From: Podarcis cretensis
Taxonomy: Eukaryota
Reading direction: 5' to 3'
Assembly: GCA_951804945.1 (NCBI GenBank)
Contig: OX638153.1
Coordinates: 34,906,001 to 34,970,000 of the forward strand
Length of the DNA: 64,000 bases
This document shows, piece after piece, positions 11,707-23,336 of this stretch. The stretch's first letter is position 1. Every line of letters begins with the position of its first letter. The notes below the pieces were generated by a model. That model did not search any database, had not been told where the DNA came from, and saw nothing but the letters and a program-made list of their open reading frames with translations. Made by a program: the position numbers and the translations under genes.

Positions 11707-14700
11707 TTACATGTTTATAACACATTCAAATAGCTGTATTTTGACTAATGTAGCTGAGTCTCTAGTCTTCAGTGACACTATCGGCTCTATCTGTTCTTGT
11801 AGACTGTCAACTGAACCCCAATATCTCTCTAGTTTCGGTAAGGTCAGTCATTTCCCCTCCACACGGTTAACTGTTAGAAGAGAATTTCTCCCAATAAAGA
11901 TCTGATTTCTTCACAGACAGACATACAGTTGTTTTAAAATATGGCCAGACAAATTAAACATGAAGCCTGACCTAGTATTTTTTCTTTGTAAATGTGTGAC
12001 TAACTTACCTGGAAACAGCTTTAATTTATATTTTAATTATATTTCTCTTCATGTGGGGTAACCCATATTTGTCAAAATAGGACATTCTTAGAGACTTTTT
12101 TTTGGGGGGGGGGGATTCTAATTTCCCAACAGTGAATTATGCCTAAATCTCCAGTCCCAGCAAAAACTTATTTTTAGAAAAAAACCAATTGTGTCATTCC
12201 TAAATTAGCACACTGCCAGTAGGGGAAGCTAGGCTGTCACAAACTGGAGGCACAGCTGGGCTCTATTATACCATGTTTACCAAAAGCCATGCGCAAGCCA
12301 CAGCGCCACTTGAAACTCTTTGAATCATTTGCGCAAGCTCCAGGTCTGGATTGGAATGCACTGCATTTATGGCACTTCTGAATCAGGAGCACTGACAAAG
12401 GAATGCAAGATCAGAGCAAGAACATAGGAAGTTTAAATAAGAAATTTCTGACAAAGTCAACCAATATTCTACTTCCCACAAAAACAAATGGTTCCAAAGA
12501 TTTTTTTTTCATTAAACTCTGCTTTTTACCTTTGCTTGAAGCCTTGTATTGATTTTGGAACTTCACTTTATAAAAATACTTGTCTTACAGATTAAAAAAG
12601 TGGACAACTTTACTTCTCTTTTCTTGAAAGAAGCATAAACTATTCATGCATATTAAATAGAACTATAATTTATCTTCTAATAGACTTTTGCCAAGGGATC
12701 TATTTTTTTATCAGGCAGTCAATTAAAATTTGGCATTTTCTCCCTCTTACAATACATAGAAAGCAGGTTTTATTCATGGAATTTTTATTAACACGATTGT
12801 TTCCTTTGAGTATCTAATGCATTTCATTATTTTGTGTTTTATGTAAACATGTTTTTTTGAAATGCAAAGTGGCAATTTGAAATTCAGCACAGAAGGCAGA
12901 CAGCTGATAAGGCACAAAAGATTTCAGTTTCAGTGTTCACTGATCTTCCAGCTCCAGTGTATATTATATTCATTTGTTCATTACCCATAGTGCTGTATTT
13001 GCTAATGTTGTTCAACTGGGATGAATTGCTGTGGTTCCGTTTTATTATATAGGAAATCTACATAAAAGCACACAGGCAATTGCACATCATTTCAAAAAGT
13101 CTTAAGACATTTGCTGAAAAGTTGAAAAATAAGCTCTTGCTTATAATAAAACAAGCTCTTGCATTACTTAAATCCAATATGACTAGAGTCTTTTTATGCA
13201 ACTAATACAACAGATTTTCAAAAGAGTTTCATTTAAGTCATAATCCCTCCCCATCAAATACATTCATGTTCCCACTTGAAAAACCTAATGAAAATTCTCT
13301 CAGGTATGTCAGCTGGAAAAGTCTCCCAGATGCACACTTGCTGAACGCTAATGTATCAGAATTCAAGATGACCAGCTGCTGATTTCACATGATATCTATG
13401 CATCTGAAGAAGCAGTTTTTCCTCAAGCACAGATTGCAATGTGAACACGAAGAAGTAATTGCCTGAATCATTCAAACTAAGCTGTAATCTTCCATGCCAA
13501 TCAACTTCCATAAACATGTAAAACTGAGTGATGGCCCTTTCTCCAAAAATGTTGCCTGCATCATACTCCAACCATTTTGTATTTATTCTGAATGCTAAGC
13601 AAGTACTTAACTTTTCCACTGAACTCTATGGTATGTCAGAGTACTTACGTTTGCCTGAATCATGCCTTGAACTCCATCAAACTTGTCTCTATTAACACCA
13701 TCAATACTACAAATGTATTTTTTTATTTTTGCCATTTTCCAGAATATGTATGCAAAAGTAAGTTTTGACATATTAAAAAGGAATATGCAATATATTGGAT
13801 ATCAAATTCGAATAAATGTTTTGAAATAAACAATGGAAGAATTAAAATGACAGTATCTTATAAATAAACGTTGAATGAATGAGAATAAAAATAGGATGTG
13901 ATCTTATTTGTTACCTCAGTAGGTCTGTCATTTAAGCTGCCTACATGCCCATAGTATTAAAGATGTTCTTGAAATCATGTTTAAAAAGGAAACTATAATA
14001 ACCTTTCTCAAGGGGATCACATGTACAGCACTGGAAGGTTATTTCTGAATATAAGCAACATGCTCTCCATGACAATGCCAACCACTAAAAGTATGATTTT
14101 TTTAAAAAAAATGTGATCATAAGTCCCTATGGTCCCACATATGTGCAACAAACAAAGGTGTCTGCTGCTATAATTTGGAGCAAGGCCATAGCTCATTGGG
14201 AAGCCTCATGATTTGTATGCAGAAGGTACAGGTGAAACCTATAGCATCTCCGTGTAAAGAACCTCATGTAGTAGGGCTGGAAAAAACACATTGACTAAAA
14301 TTATACTGAAAGCACATGATGTATGTGCTTGTGCTCTCAGTATTTTGATCATATGAAATAAACTTTGCTGAAACACACATTCAATCAAAACAAAGCTACT
14401 AAGGACATTTCTATTGCGTAGGTCTGCAGCTTTTAGCTCAGGGGATGTACACAACACAGCTTCAGCATTTTTTATTGTCTTATTGAATAGCATTCCTCTG
14501 AACTTTAAGCAGATTTTTATTTTTATTTTTTTTAAAAGAAGAGCTCAGAGGTTAGTTTAACGTAATATTTTTACTACAGGAATGTAGAAATACTATCTTT
14601 TTCTCTAGTACTTCCCACCTTGTATATTGGAGCTCACCTGAAATCTTACTTAACTGAGATCAAACTTTCCTAATCATTGGGATTCCCACACTCTACATAT

Positions 14701-14775
14701 TGGTTTACTACATAACAGAAACATATATAATAAGATAAACAATGTGGCACGCATAAAGACAGTCATCAATCCCCC

Positions 14776-14778
<3 letters not shown>

Positions 14779-14843
<65 letters not shown>
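14779..14843. repeat. Compound (TC)n(AC)n microsatellite
   Basis: Directly visible. Confidence 0.98.
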
Positions 14844-14845
<2 letters not shown>

Positions 14846-16536
14846 TACACATATTTCCAATTCTCCACCACTGCCACCACACACACATTTGCAGGGTGTG
14901 GGAGACAGCAAGTCTTTCCTCCATTAAATATCGCCATATATATTATTTCCCACTCATCCCTTTGGTTTATATATTAAGTCATTTTACTAATCAGCTCAGG
15001 ATGAAAAAGCTCCCAGCACCTGGTCTATCTGGAGCAAATTAAGCTGCATTTACACATCCATGCAAACAGACTGTCAGAAGCATCAGGAAGATCTCCACAG
15101 GAGCACTCATGTGCACTAAGGTATTTTCAGAGTGGCTTTGAACATGCATTGCACGCAAATGCCACCAGCTGCCTGCACAATTCCTTGTACACTTCTACCT
15201 TAAGAACTTGTTTGCAATGTTCAAATGATTTAGTGCAAAGGAAAGTTATGTTGGCTGTGTAAACAAAAACAACCTAGGCAGTAGCTGATAACAAGTCACC
15301 TGTAAAACCTGAAACTGCTCTCAGATTTCACTAAAACTTGCCCTAACTTGAGGTTATTCCTCACACACTCTTTTTAAGGATCAGAAGGTACAAGCATCAA
15401 AGAAGTTACAAGTAACTAGAATTTGCTGTATTTTTACTACACTAAGATCGCTTAAATAAATTCCAGATTTGTTGATATAAATTGTCTAATAAATCCTACT
15501 TTCTGCAGAAACTGGAGATAATTGTGTTAAGAATCCAGCAGCTATTGAGATTCAAATGAAAGGCATGGCATTATACAATCAGACTGACTCCAGAACTGAT
15601 GCACCATGTTGATATTGAATGATAAATCTACCAAAGGCGATTCAAATGGCATTAAAATACACAACTATTCAGGCATAGCATAGACTGAGAGAAATGAGAA
15701 TGAATTTAGTAAATTAAAACTTGCATTATCTATCCCAACAGGTGATTTGTAATACGTTGTAACGTCCCTGTGTCAAATGAAGAGGAAAATAGGAAGCCAT
15801 TTGGCAAACAATGGACTGAAAGAGCAGGTTATTTCTATTTGTAACAGGAGACTAGCTTCAACAGAATCTCATTTTGTACCTGAGATTTTGGTGGAAATGT
15901 ACAGTCGCCTTGTGAACCTGGGGCCGAATCTACCTAGATGCTATCCTGTGTCACTAACATGAAAGTGGCAGTGAAATGAATATGAATATCAAGACAAATC
16001 TCAGGAAGACTAAGCTCAAGACCACATCCTCTGGGTCAGCTACAGTTCTGGTGGGGAATTGCACCAGAGCTTTTACAAAGCTTTTGTTCATTTCAGTGAG
16101 GCTTATACAGAAGAACTTGCAGATGGTTCGTGCCCCTTACCACCTTGTGAATATGCAACAAGTATATATATATGCTCAAAAATTTGAAATTTTTCAACAT
16201 TTTGAACTAGGGAGGAAATTAAGAAGCAATTATGGAAAAAAATAGGCATCTCAGTTCAGTAACTCAAGTAAACATAGTACAATTATTTTGAACATATTGT
16301 GTGGGATAGCTTTAGTTTTACTGTTGTTTAGCTGTTGTTTTAAAAGAATGTTTATATGCTGTGGTTTCAGTTTTATTGCTTTCATGGTGGTTTTTATTGT
16401 TCCTTGATATCGTACCCTAGCTTGGTTGACAGGATAGATAAAATTTTGCTACAGTTCTACTTTGATGGTGCAAGTTCTATGCTGGAAATAAAGAATGGCA
16501 GACAGATCTTCTGCAACGTGTTGAAGTAAAGACCTG

Positions 16537-16605
16537 GTTCACACATAACACTAAACCATGGTTTATGAAACTATATTAAACCATGGCTTAGCATTATGTG
16601 TGAAC
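16537..16605. repeat. Short inverted repeat (29-bp arms), part of a palindromic MITE-like element extending to about 16945
   Basis: GTTCACACATAACACTAAACCATGGTTTA pairs with TAAACCATGGCTTAGCATTATGTGTGAAC with 3 mismatches. The AAACCATGGTT unit recurs near 16917. Confidence 0.8.
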
Positions 16606-19600
16606 TCTTCCCAGCAGCTTAACTATAGTTTTTTTACTGCCAAAAAAGCACAGTCTGGAGTCATTGTTTGTTAAAATATGAAGCTTGGTTTGTTTTAACT
16701 ATAGATCAGTGTTATATGCAAACTCAGCATCTCTTTTAACCGGGACTTGTTTGAACACCCCACTGCAGATATTTGCAAAACTACAAAAACACTAGGCAAA
16801 AGTGACTGAAAAACAAGAGGAATTGGGGGGGGGGGGCAAGCTGTAGTTTGTTCCATCACTTGTGGGAAAACTCATGAATAATTCATGTTTTGTTAAGAAA
16901 ACATTGGCTTTACACAAACCATGGTTAGCCTTACGTGTATGCCAGGTGTCTCTCAGACCCAGAAAAATCCCAGCAAGCATTCTCTCTCCAATCCATCATA
17001 GCTACTGATGATCAATATGGTATCCCACACATTCCCAAAGTTCTTTTGGGCAGCAATGATGCTGAGTGAACTCTTGAACGTTGAAAGGTTGATCTTGATT
17101 CAAAGTGGAATATACAACTTACTTAACTCAGATGCACAAGACCTATTTGCTCTGTTGGATTGTGAATTGACTCCTATCAGCTATAGCTTTGGGATGTTCC
17201 TCCATTCAAGGAAAAATAATACCCTACTCTGCTTGGCTTTATGTGAAATAAGAAACAAATAGGATGAGAAATATAATGATTATACTGCACAGAAAACCTC
17301 CCGGGGTCTAGAACAGAAAAAATAGGTGCTAAAATGAAAATGTAATATTTGTATTTGTGCCTCTGAATAATTAAAGCATGCATGCATAACCCCCACCCGC
17401 CACAGGTATATATTAAAAAATCAGCAACATTGCCCAAGCCACAGTGCATTAGTGTTCTAATGCATATTGATTTCTGGGCAAATATCATCTTCTATAAGCT
17501 CTTAAGAAACTCTCTTTGGCTCTTTTTACAATCCACAAAACTTTATATAGATTTTACGCTCTAAAAAATTCTATATCTGAAAACCAACCTTTCCTAATGC
17601 ATTTTTTCTAACTATTCATGGTAAGGTTTTTAAACTCTAGTGAATACAAGCAAAAAGACACTGCACATTAGGCAAGGGAGCATAAGAGGAGCCAAAAATA
17701 AAATCCCGAACAGATTATCTTTCATGCAAAACTGCATGAAATCTAAACGTCATATCTAGTGTAGTCTCCTAGTTTTGGGGCAAACCCTATAGAAATGTTC
17801 CTCCTTGAGTGTCACAGGACACACAAAAGGATGGCATTAATTTAAGATTTACTAGTGTGCAATAAGGATACGGAACACATTGTAGATATCTATCAGACCA
17901 CAGAAAATAGCGATTATAATGGAAAATGTCACACACAGGGAAGCATAACAAAGCTTGTGGTCAAAGGAGCATTTAAAGATTTAAAAGGGGGGAATGACCA
18001 GTAAACAGAATAGTACAGTGCCCTTGTCAAATGGTCTATCAGATAGCAAAGAAGATGAAGCTCAACCAATAGTCAAGCTAAAGTTACCATCAACAGACCT
18101 TCTCATGGTATAAAAGATGGGTAGTTCCCTGATGTGCACATACTTTCCAGATTATTTTTTAAGCCTCATGGAAATTTCCCAGAATTTTAGTACAAAACAT
18201 TTCTCCTAAGGGCCACATTTTTTAAAAAAAGCAATTTACTCTACTACAATGGCTTTCTATAGGTTATTTGCACTGACATGCATTTTTGTACACTTTTTGT
18301 TGTTGTTGGAGAACTGCCATCTCACAAAAATGGAAGAAATGAGAATTTGGAAGCACAGCTGCATTTCACTTTGTGTATTTTTTTTTTTTTTGAAATGCAA
18401 ATTAAGTAGGTTTGCATTAAAATGTGAGGTGTACCAAATTTCTCCCCATCTCTAATGGTGGCATGCTTTTGTTCAGGGTTCCAGCTAGCCAAACATGCCC
18501 ATTTTCAGGATACTGTTTTCCATTTCTTCACCCCTAGCCTGATTTTCTGGTTCTTTTCCCACAAACAGAAACGCAGCATCCTGTAGTCTTTCTTCATGTC
18601 CAGCCCTTACTAAATAAGGGTGGGAATGTGTATTCACAGTCCACCCTCCAATATTCTATTAATAGTACTTCTGCAAATTGGACTTCACCTAAGCCAAAAC
18701 TGCCTTCTTGTTTGCCAGTGTTCTAGGTTTGGCAACATAGCTGTCGCCACTCAGCATCTGAGTTTGCTATCATAGGGTGTGATGGGCCAGGCTGCCTCGG
18801 AATCCCTCAGGCATTAGCCATTCAGAGTGAGGGAAAAGCAATTAGCTTCATTTGCCCTCTAGGATATAATTTAATTCCTGTCATAATTTTATTTGTATGT
18901 ACAGGTTGCCAGAGAGGAAGAAGAAAGAAAACATAGTGTTGCTGCAGCAGTTGTTTTATGCAAACTACTATGGAAAAAGGAGAGAATTAGCACCAAGGAA
19001 GGCTTTTTTTTGGGGGGGGGAAATATCTTGTAAAAGTGCAAAATTTGCTCTAAAAAGTTAAGAAGTTGGATCAGCCCAAATATTTTTTTTTCTTCCTGTA
19101 GTTGTAAGAAATTAGATAAGATTGTAGAATCAGCTCATCATTAGGAGCTTCACCCTTCCTTATGATATGAAGAAAGGTGTTTGTGGGGCAACACTGCCAT
19201 GAGGAGAACATACAACACAACCTCCTCTCATATGGTCCATGCCTTCTGACTTTGCTTGAGTGATCTGTGAAGGAGCCGCACTGCAGCAACTTCTGTTGTG
19301 CAGAGATTTCCAGAGCTGGAATTGTCCTTTCAAAAAGTTTAACATCTCATAATCACAGAGTAAATATTCACAGCACTGGTTTAAAGGTCTTGCCCCATAT
19401 GAGAATCAACGGACAACAATCAGCTAAAATGCCAAAGAGGCTTTGAAAATATAATGCTAAAACACAGGTGGGGAAAAATGATCCAATCTGTGAAAATAAT
19501 AACATGCCAGCTGCTTATCTTGGGCAACTATTCACCAGCATATTTCACTGATATGTAGTGATATCTCAGCAATTTAACAAGTATTGCTGAAATCAAGTCT

Positions 19601-20446
19601 TGTTCGAACACAACAAACTTGCTAGCAATCTAGGCCCTGCAGGAGTTCAAGAATGTATTTTTATTCAAAAAGGATTTGCATAATTAAGCTTTCCTCTATA
19701 AACTGGGAACGCTTGATAAATAGTCCCACTGTTTCACCTGAATTTCAGAAATCAAAGTAATGGAGTATTTTAATGTACAAAAATTGCCCATGTACCCTTG
19801 TCAATGAATAAGAATTCAAATGAGTAAGAACTGCCATTTTGGAATAAATAATATCAATACAAACTGCTTAGGGAGATTCATCATTTCATTTTGAGCATCT
19901 GGTCTTCTGCTGAAATGGATTAGTTTGGTTTCTTCTAGTTTTTACGTTAATTTAATGAAGGATAGTTTATAACAAGACAACTATAAAGTATCAATACTGG
20001 GAGGTGATGAGGAACACTCTGTGCTTTGTATACCAATAGAGTATTTAGGAGAATGTGTATTATCTATTATATGAAAGAATGGAGCTGTACAAAACAATAA
20101 TATTTGGTAAATATTAATGCCAATCTTAGAAGTAGGGATGCCTGAGGAATTCAGTCTCTGTAAATCTGATATAAACTGAGTTAATGTGCACCTCCCAAAC
20201 TAATGTGCAGAGTAGAATTTAGATCAACTAGATTTCACCTTTCTTGAATGGCCCAGCTCAAAATGCATATTAAAATACTTTTCAAAACGCTATTTGAGGA
20301 AAAAAATGTTTAGAAATTGGGGGGGGGGGGTTATATGAATTAAAATGTGAATTTGTGCGGGAATTCTTAAATATACAATGCAAATTAATGAAAACAACAG
20401 GACAGGCTTAGGGCAGATAAAGATGTTTCACTAGATAGCACTCACT

Positions 20447-20655
20447 GGGCAGTATCTAACATAGTACTTCTGCTAGTGCAATGGAACTTCTCCTCCCTTC
20501 CCTCCCACCCCAGGCCCTCCCCAGATTTGCTCTAGAGTGTTTAGGGAAAACACAAATTGGGGGTGGTTTGGAGGGGTGCAAGGGAAGGAGGGGAAATTCT
20601 ATTTTGCAGCCCAAAGTCATTGCACTCTTGGAAGTACGTTGTTGGATAATGACCC
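20447..20655. mobile_element. Palindromic MITE-like element
   Basis: Outer arms GTATCTAACATAGTACTTCTGCTAGTGCAATG / CATTGCACTCTTGGAAGTACGTTGTTGGATA and inner arms TTCTCCTCCCTTCCCT / AGGGAAGGAGGGGAA. Confidence 0.65.
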
Positions 20656-21200
20656 CCTGTCTCCAGTACTACCCTGGAACAGGTGAATAAGGAAGGAGAT
20701 TTTTTCACACTACAGCTATGATCATCGGTTTGTACTAGTGAACTGCCCCACCAGCCACAGAGTCTTCTCTTCACCATTCTTGCATAAAGTAATAAAATAC
20801 AAATCTGAAAAGTCTATTTAGCAATCCAACCACAGCTTTATTTTACATCTTTTGACTTCTTGCAATGCCCCAGCAAAGTTCAATGAAGTGAAAATAAAAG
20901 GGGAAAGTGGGAGGCAGGAATGAAAGCAAACATTTTAGCAGCTTGATAGATCATTTAGAATCATAACAAGGCTTACATACAATTGCAAAGAATTATAAAT
21001 CATATGCAGCCTGCCTTCTGCTTTAGTACAAAACGATGAGTGAGAGTGGCCGAGAATTCTATTTCCTTAAGTTCTAGCTTACAATTTAGCACAGCTTTCA
21101 TTATAATGTGGCATTTATGCCACTAATTTTTCAGCTATTCAAGACAAACGTTACTTGAAGCAAATCTAAATTGTGTATGTAGGCAAAGTTTAATACTTAC

Positions 21201-21295
21201 CCCTGGAGTGCTTTTTCTCCAAACCAATCTCCCTTTCCTAAAGTACGGAGGAAGATTGAATCTTCTCCAGGCGAATCTTCACGAGTAACATTTAC
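21201..21295 (-). CDS. PRKG1: PRKG1 internal coding exon (about exon 7), [32 protein letters not shown]
   Basis: Minus strand reads ctcttctgttcag|GTA AAT GTT ... CTC CAG GG|gtaagt; 95 nt, phase 0 to 2. It contains the FGE start of the phosphate-binding cassette and is seen in ORF 21197..21394. Confidence 0.97.
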
Positions 21296-21541
21296 CTGAA
21301 CAGAAGAGTTTTTAAAAAATGACAGTGAAAGGATATTGGCTCTGAAAAGGTATATTTTACTGAGAAAAAGCTGTAAACTAAATTTTCTGTTCATATGCTA
21401 GTTCCATAATGAAGCCTTCAAGAGACCTTTTCCAAGCTAGCATTTTCAAACGTAGGCACCATCTTGAAAAACGGGGCTATAATACTGGACTAGGAATCTT
21501 GCAAGTGTTACTAAGTTAATTTAAGGGTATACTACAGAGCA

Positions 21542-21706
21542 CGGCATTTCTATGTGCTGCTCTGGTTCGCCAGAAGCGGCTTAGTCATGCTGGCCACATG
21601 ACCCGGAAGCTGTACGCCGGCTCCCTCAGCCAATAAAGCGAGATGAGCACCGCAACCCCAGAGTCGTCCACGACTGGACCTAACAGTCAGGGGTACTTTT
21701 ACCTTT
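21542..21706 (+). mobile_element. 5'-truncated Sauria SINE
   Basis: 3' half of the SINE (GCTGGCCACATGACCCGGAAG...CAACCCCAGAGTC...ACCTTT tail) with a 9-bp TSD TACAGAGCA at 21533-21541 and 21707-21715. Confidence 0.92.
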
Positions 21707-23084
21707 TACAGAGCAAAAAGAAAAGATGTCATATCAATACTTTGCTATCCTCTTCATCGTAACACTGTGATGTCAAATACCTAGATTTTGTAAAAGCATC
21801 TTATGATGCAGAATATCATGTGTTTCTCCACCCAAAGCCAACAGATTTTGTTTCACATGATTCACAACACATAACTAGAGCTGGATTGGGCCAGTTTTCT
21901 AAGTCTTACATTTATATAAGCCCTGGCTCATCCTGTTTTGAAACAGAAAAACAACAGAAATACTAAACAATACTCAACCATTTATGCAGTTCAACAACAG
22001 GGTTATAGGACACACACAAAGAACTCGAGTTATATTTTAAAGAACTGAGAAAATACTTGAGAATCTTTTTTTCCTTTCCCAGAGGTATGATTGGCTCCAT
22101 CGGTTACTATAGGGGTGGGGAAAAGATGCTGCAGGAGATAAATCTGCAGGGGGCAGGCCTTCACTGGGGCATGGGGACTTTGTCCAACCCCTAGATTTGG
22201 CCCTCACGTGTTTTAAAATCATCAATATGCAATGCAATGTGGGTATGTGGCCAACTTTCAGAGGGTTTTGGGTATCTTTGCCAGCTGAAACAATTGCCAA
22301 AGCGCACACAATCCCTGACTGACAAAGGCTTTGCTCAAGCAGTACAAAGCATTTTTCAGGCGGAGAAGGCAGTAATTCTTCTCCTGATGGATTTTCATCC
22401 AAGCGGGGGTAGGGGGAATGAAGGTTTTAAGAGCTTGCATCTCTCCTTTGAGACAGGCAATTTAACAAGCCCATGAAATTCTTTCCTGAGCCTGGCGCAG
22501 GAAATGTTCACTCACATTCCCAGTTTGGGTTGATATATTTTTCTCCTAATAGTTTCACAAGGCTGGAACTGAATGTTATGGCAGGTGCTGGGTTGCTGCC
22601 CAAAATAGCAGCCCCTCATTCTACCCCCTTGTTCATAATGTCAGGAATATGCTACATGGGACACAGACAACATCATACAGCTGCGAGTTTTCCTGTTTAA
22701 GAGTGGAGAATGGAAACTTGCAATGTAATAAAGTCATGCAACATCAAGGATCTCCAGATATTTAAGGGAGAATGAAAAAGGCATGTGGGTGAGGGGCTCA
22801 TATCTGTCATAAGGTGAGGTTTCAGACTCAGAACTGGCCCAACTTCTGCTGGCAATTATGAAAGGTGGGGCTCCCCACCTGCCAGTCACATGACATCATA
22901 TGACACCAGGTGATTCAACTTCAAAAGCAGGCTGCAATGGATGAATCAATTCAAACTATGGGTGTAAAGGAAGATTCTCCATTTGCAGCCATGACTTGAA
23001 TTCAAACATGTGTCTGATTCAAGCCGCAGTGGCAACTGCAAAGGAAGAACTAGAAGTGCACACGGTGACTGCATTCCTATGGCA

Positions 23085-23336
23085 GTTTTCTCTAACTGTT
23101 AAGTTCTGCATTATATCTGAGCTTTCACACGACGTAAAGCCACTTCCAAAACTATAGTAGAACATAGTGTAAGTTTAGTATCAATTTCTGTGTTATTTAC
23201 TTCCAGAAAAAAAGCAGTTTGCAAATAATATGGAAATGAGTTTTAAACTTATGCTATATTCCACTATAGTTCTGGAACTGGCTTCTACATTGTGTGAAAG
23301 CTCCAATATAATGTGGAAATTAACAGTTAGGGAAAC
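23085..23336. repeat. Long imperfect inverted repeat (arms of about 110 bp), probable foldback MITE
   Basis: 23085-23198 aligns to the reverse complement of 23223-23336 at roughly 80% by eye. Weaker pairing extends out to about 23053/23371. Confidence 0.85.

Noticed and set aside
11336-11725. 129-aa ORF as a host gene
   Set aside because: It is the C-terminus of the BovB retrotransposon ORF, 5'-truncated.
17845-18112. Plus-strand near-open frame (DLLVCNKDTEHIV...KGG / MTSKQNSTVPLSNGLSDSKEDEAQP...) broken only at a G6 run
   Set aside because: Two adjoining open stretches of about 50 and 40 codons are expected by chance in 64 kb, and I recognise no homologue. tBLASTn would settle it.
1-21200. 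Next PRKG1 exon ([21 protein letters not shown])
   Set aside because: Searched by eye on the minus strand and not found; it is presumably beyond the left edge.
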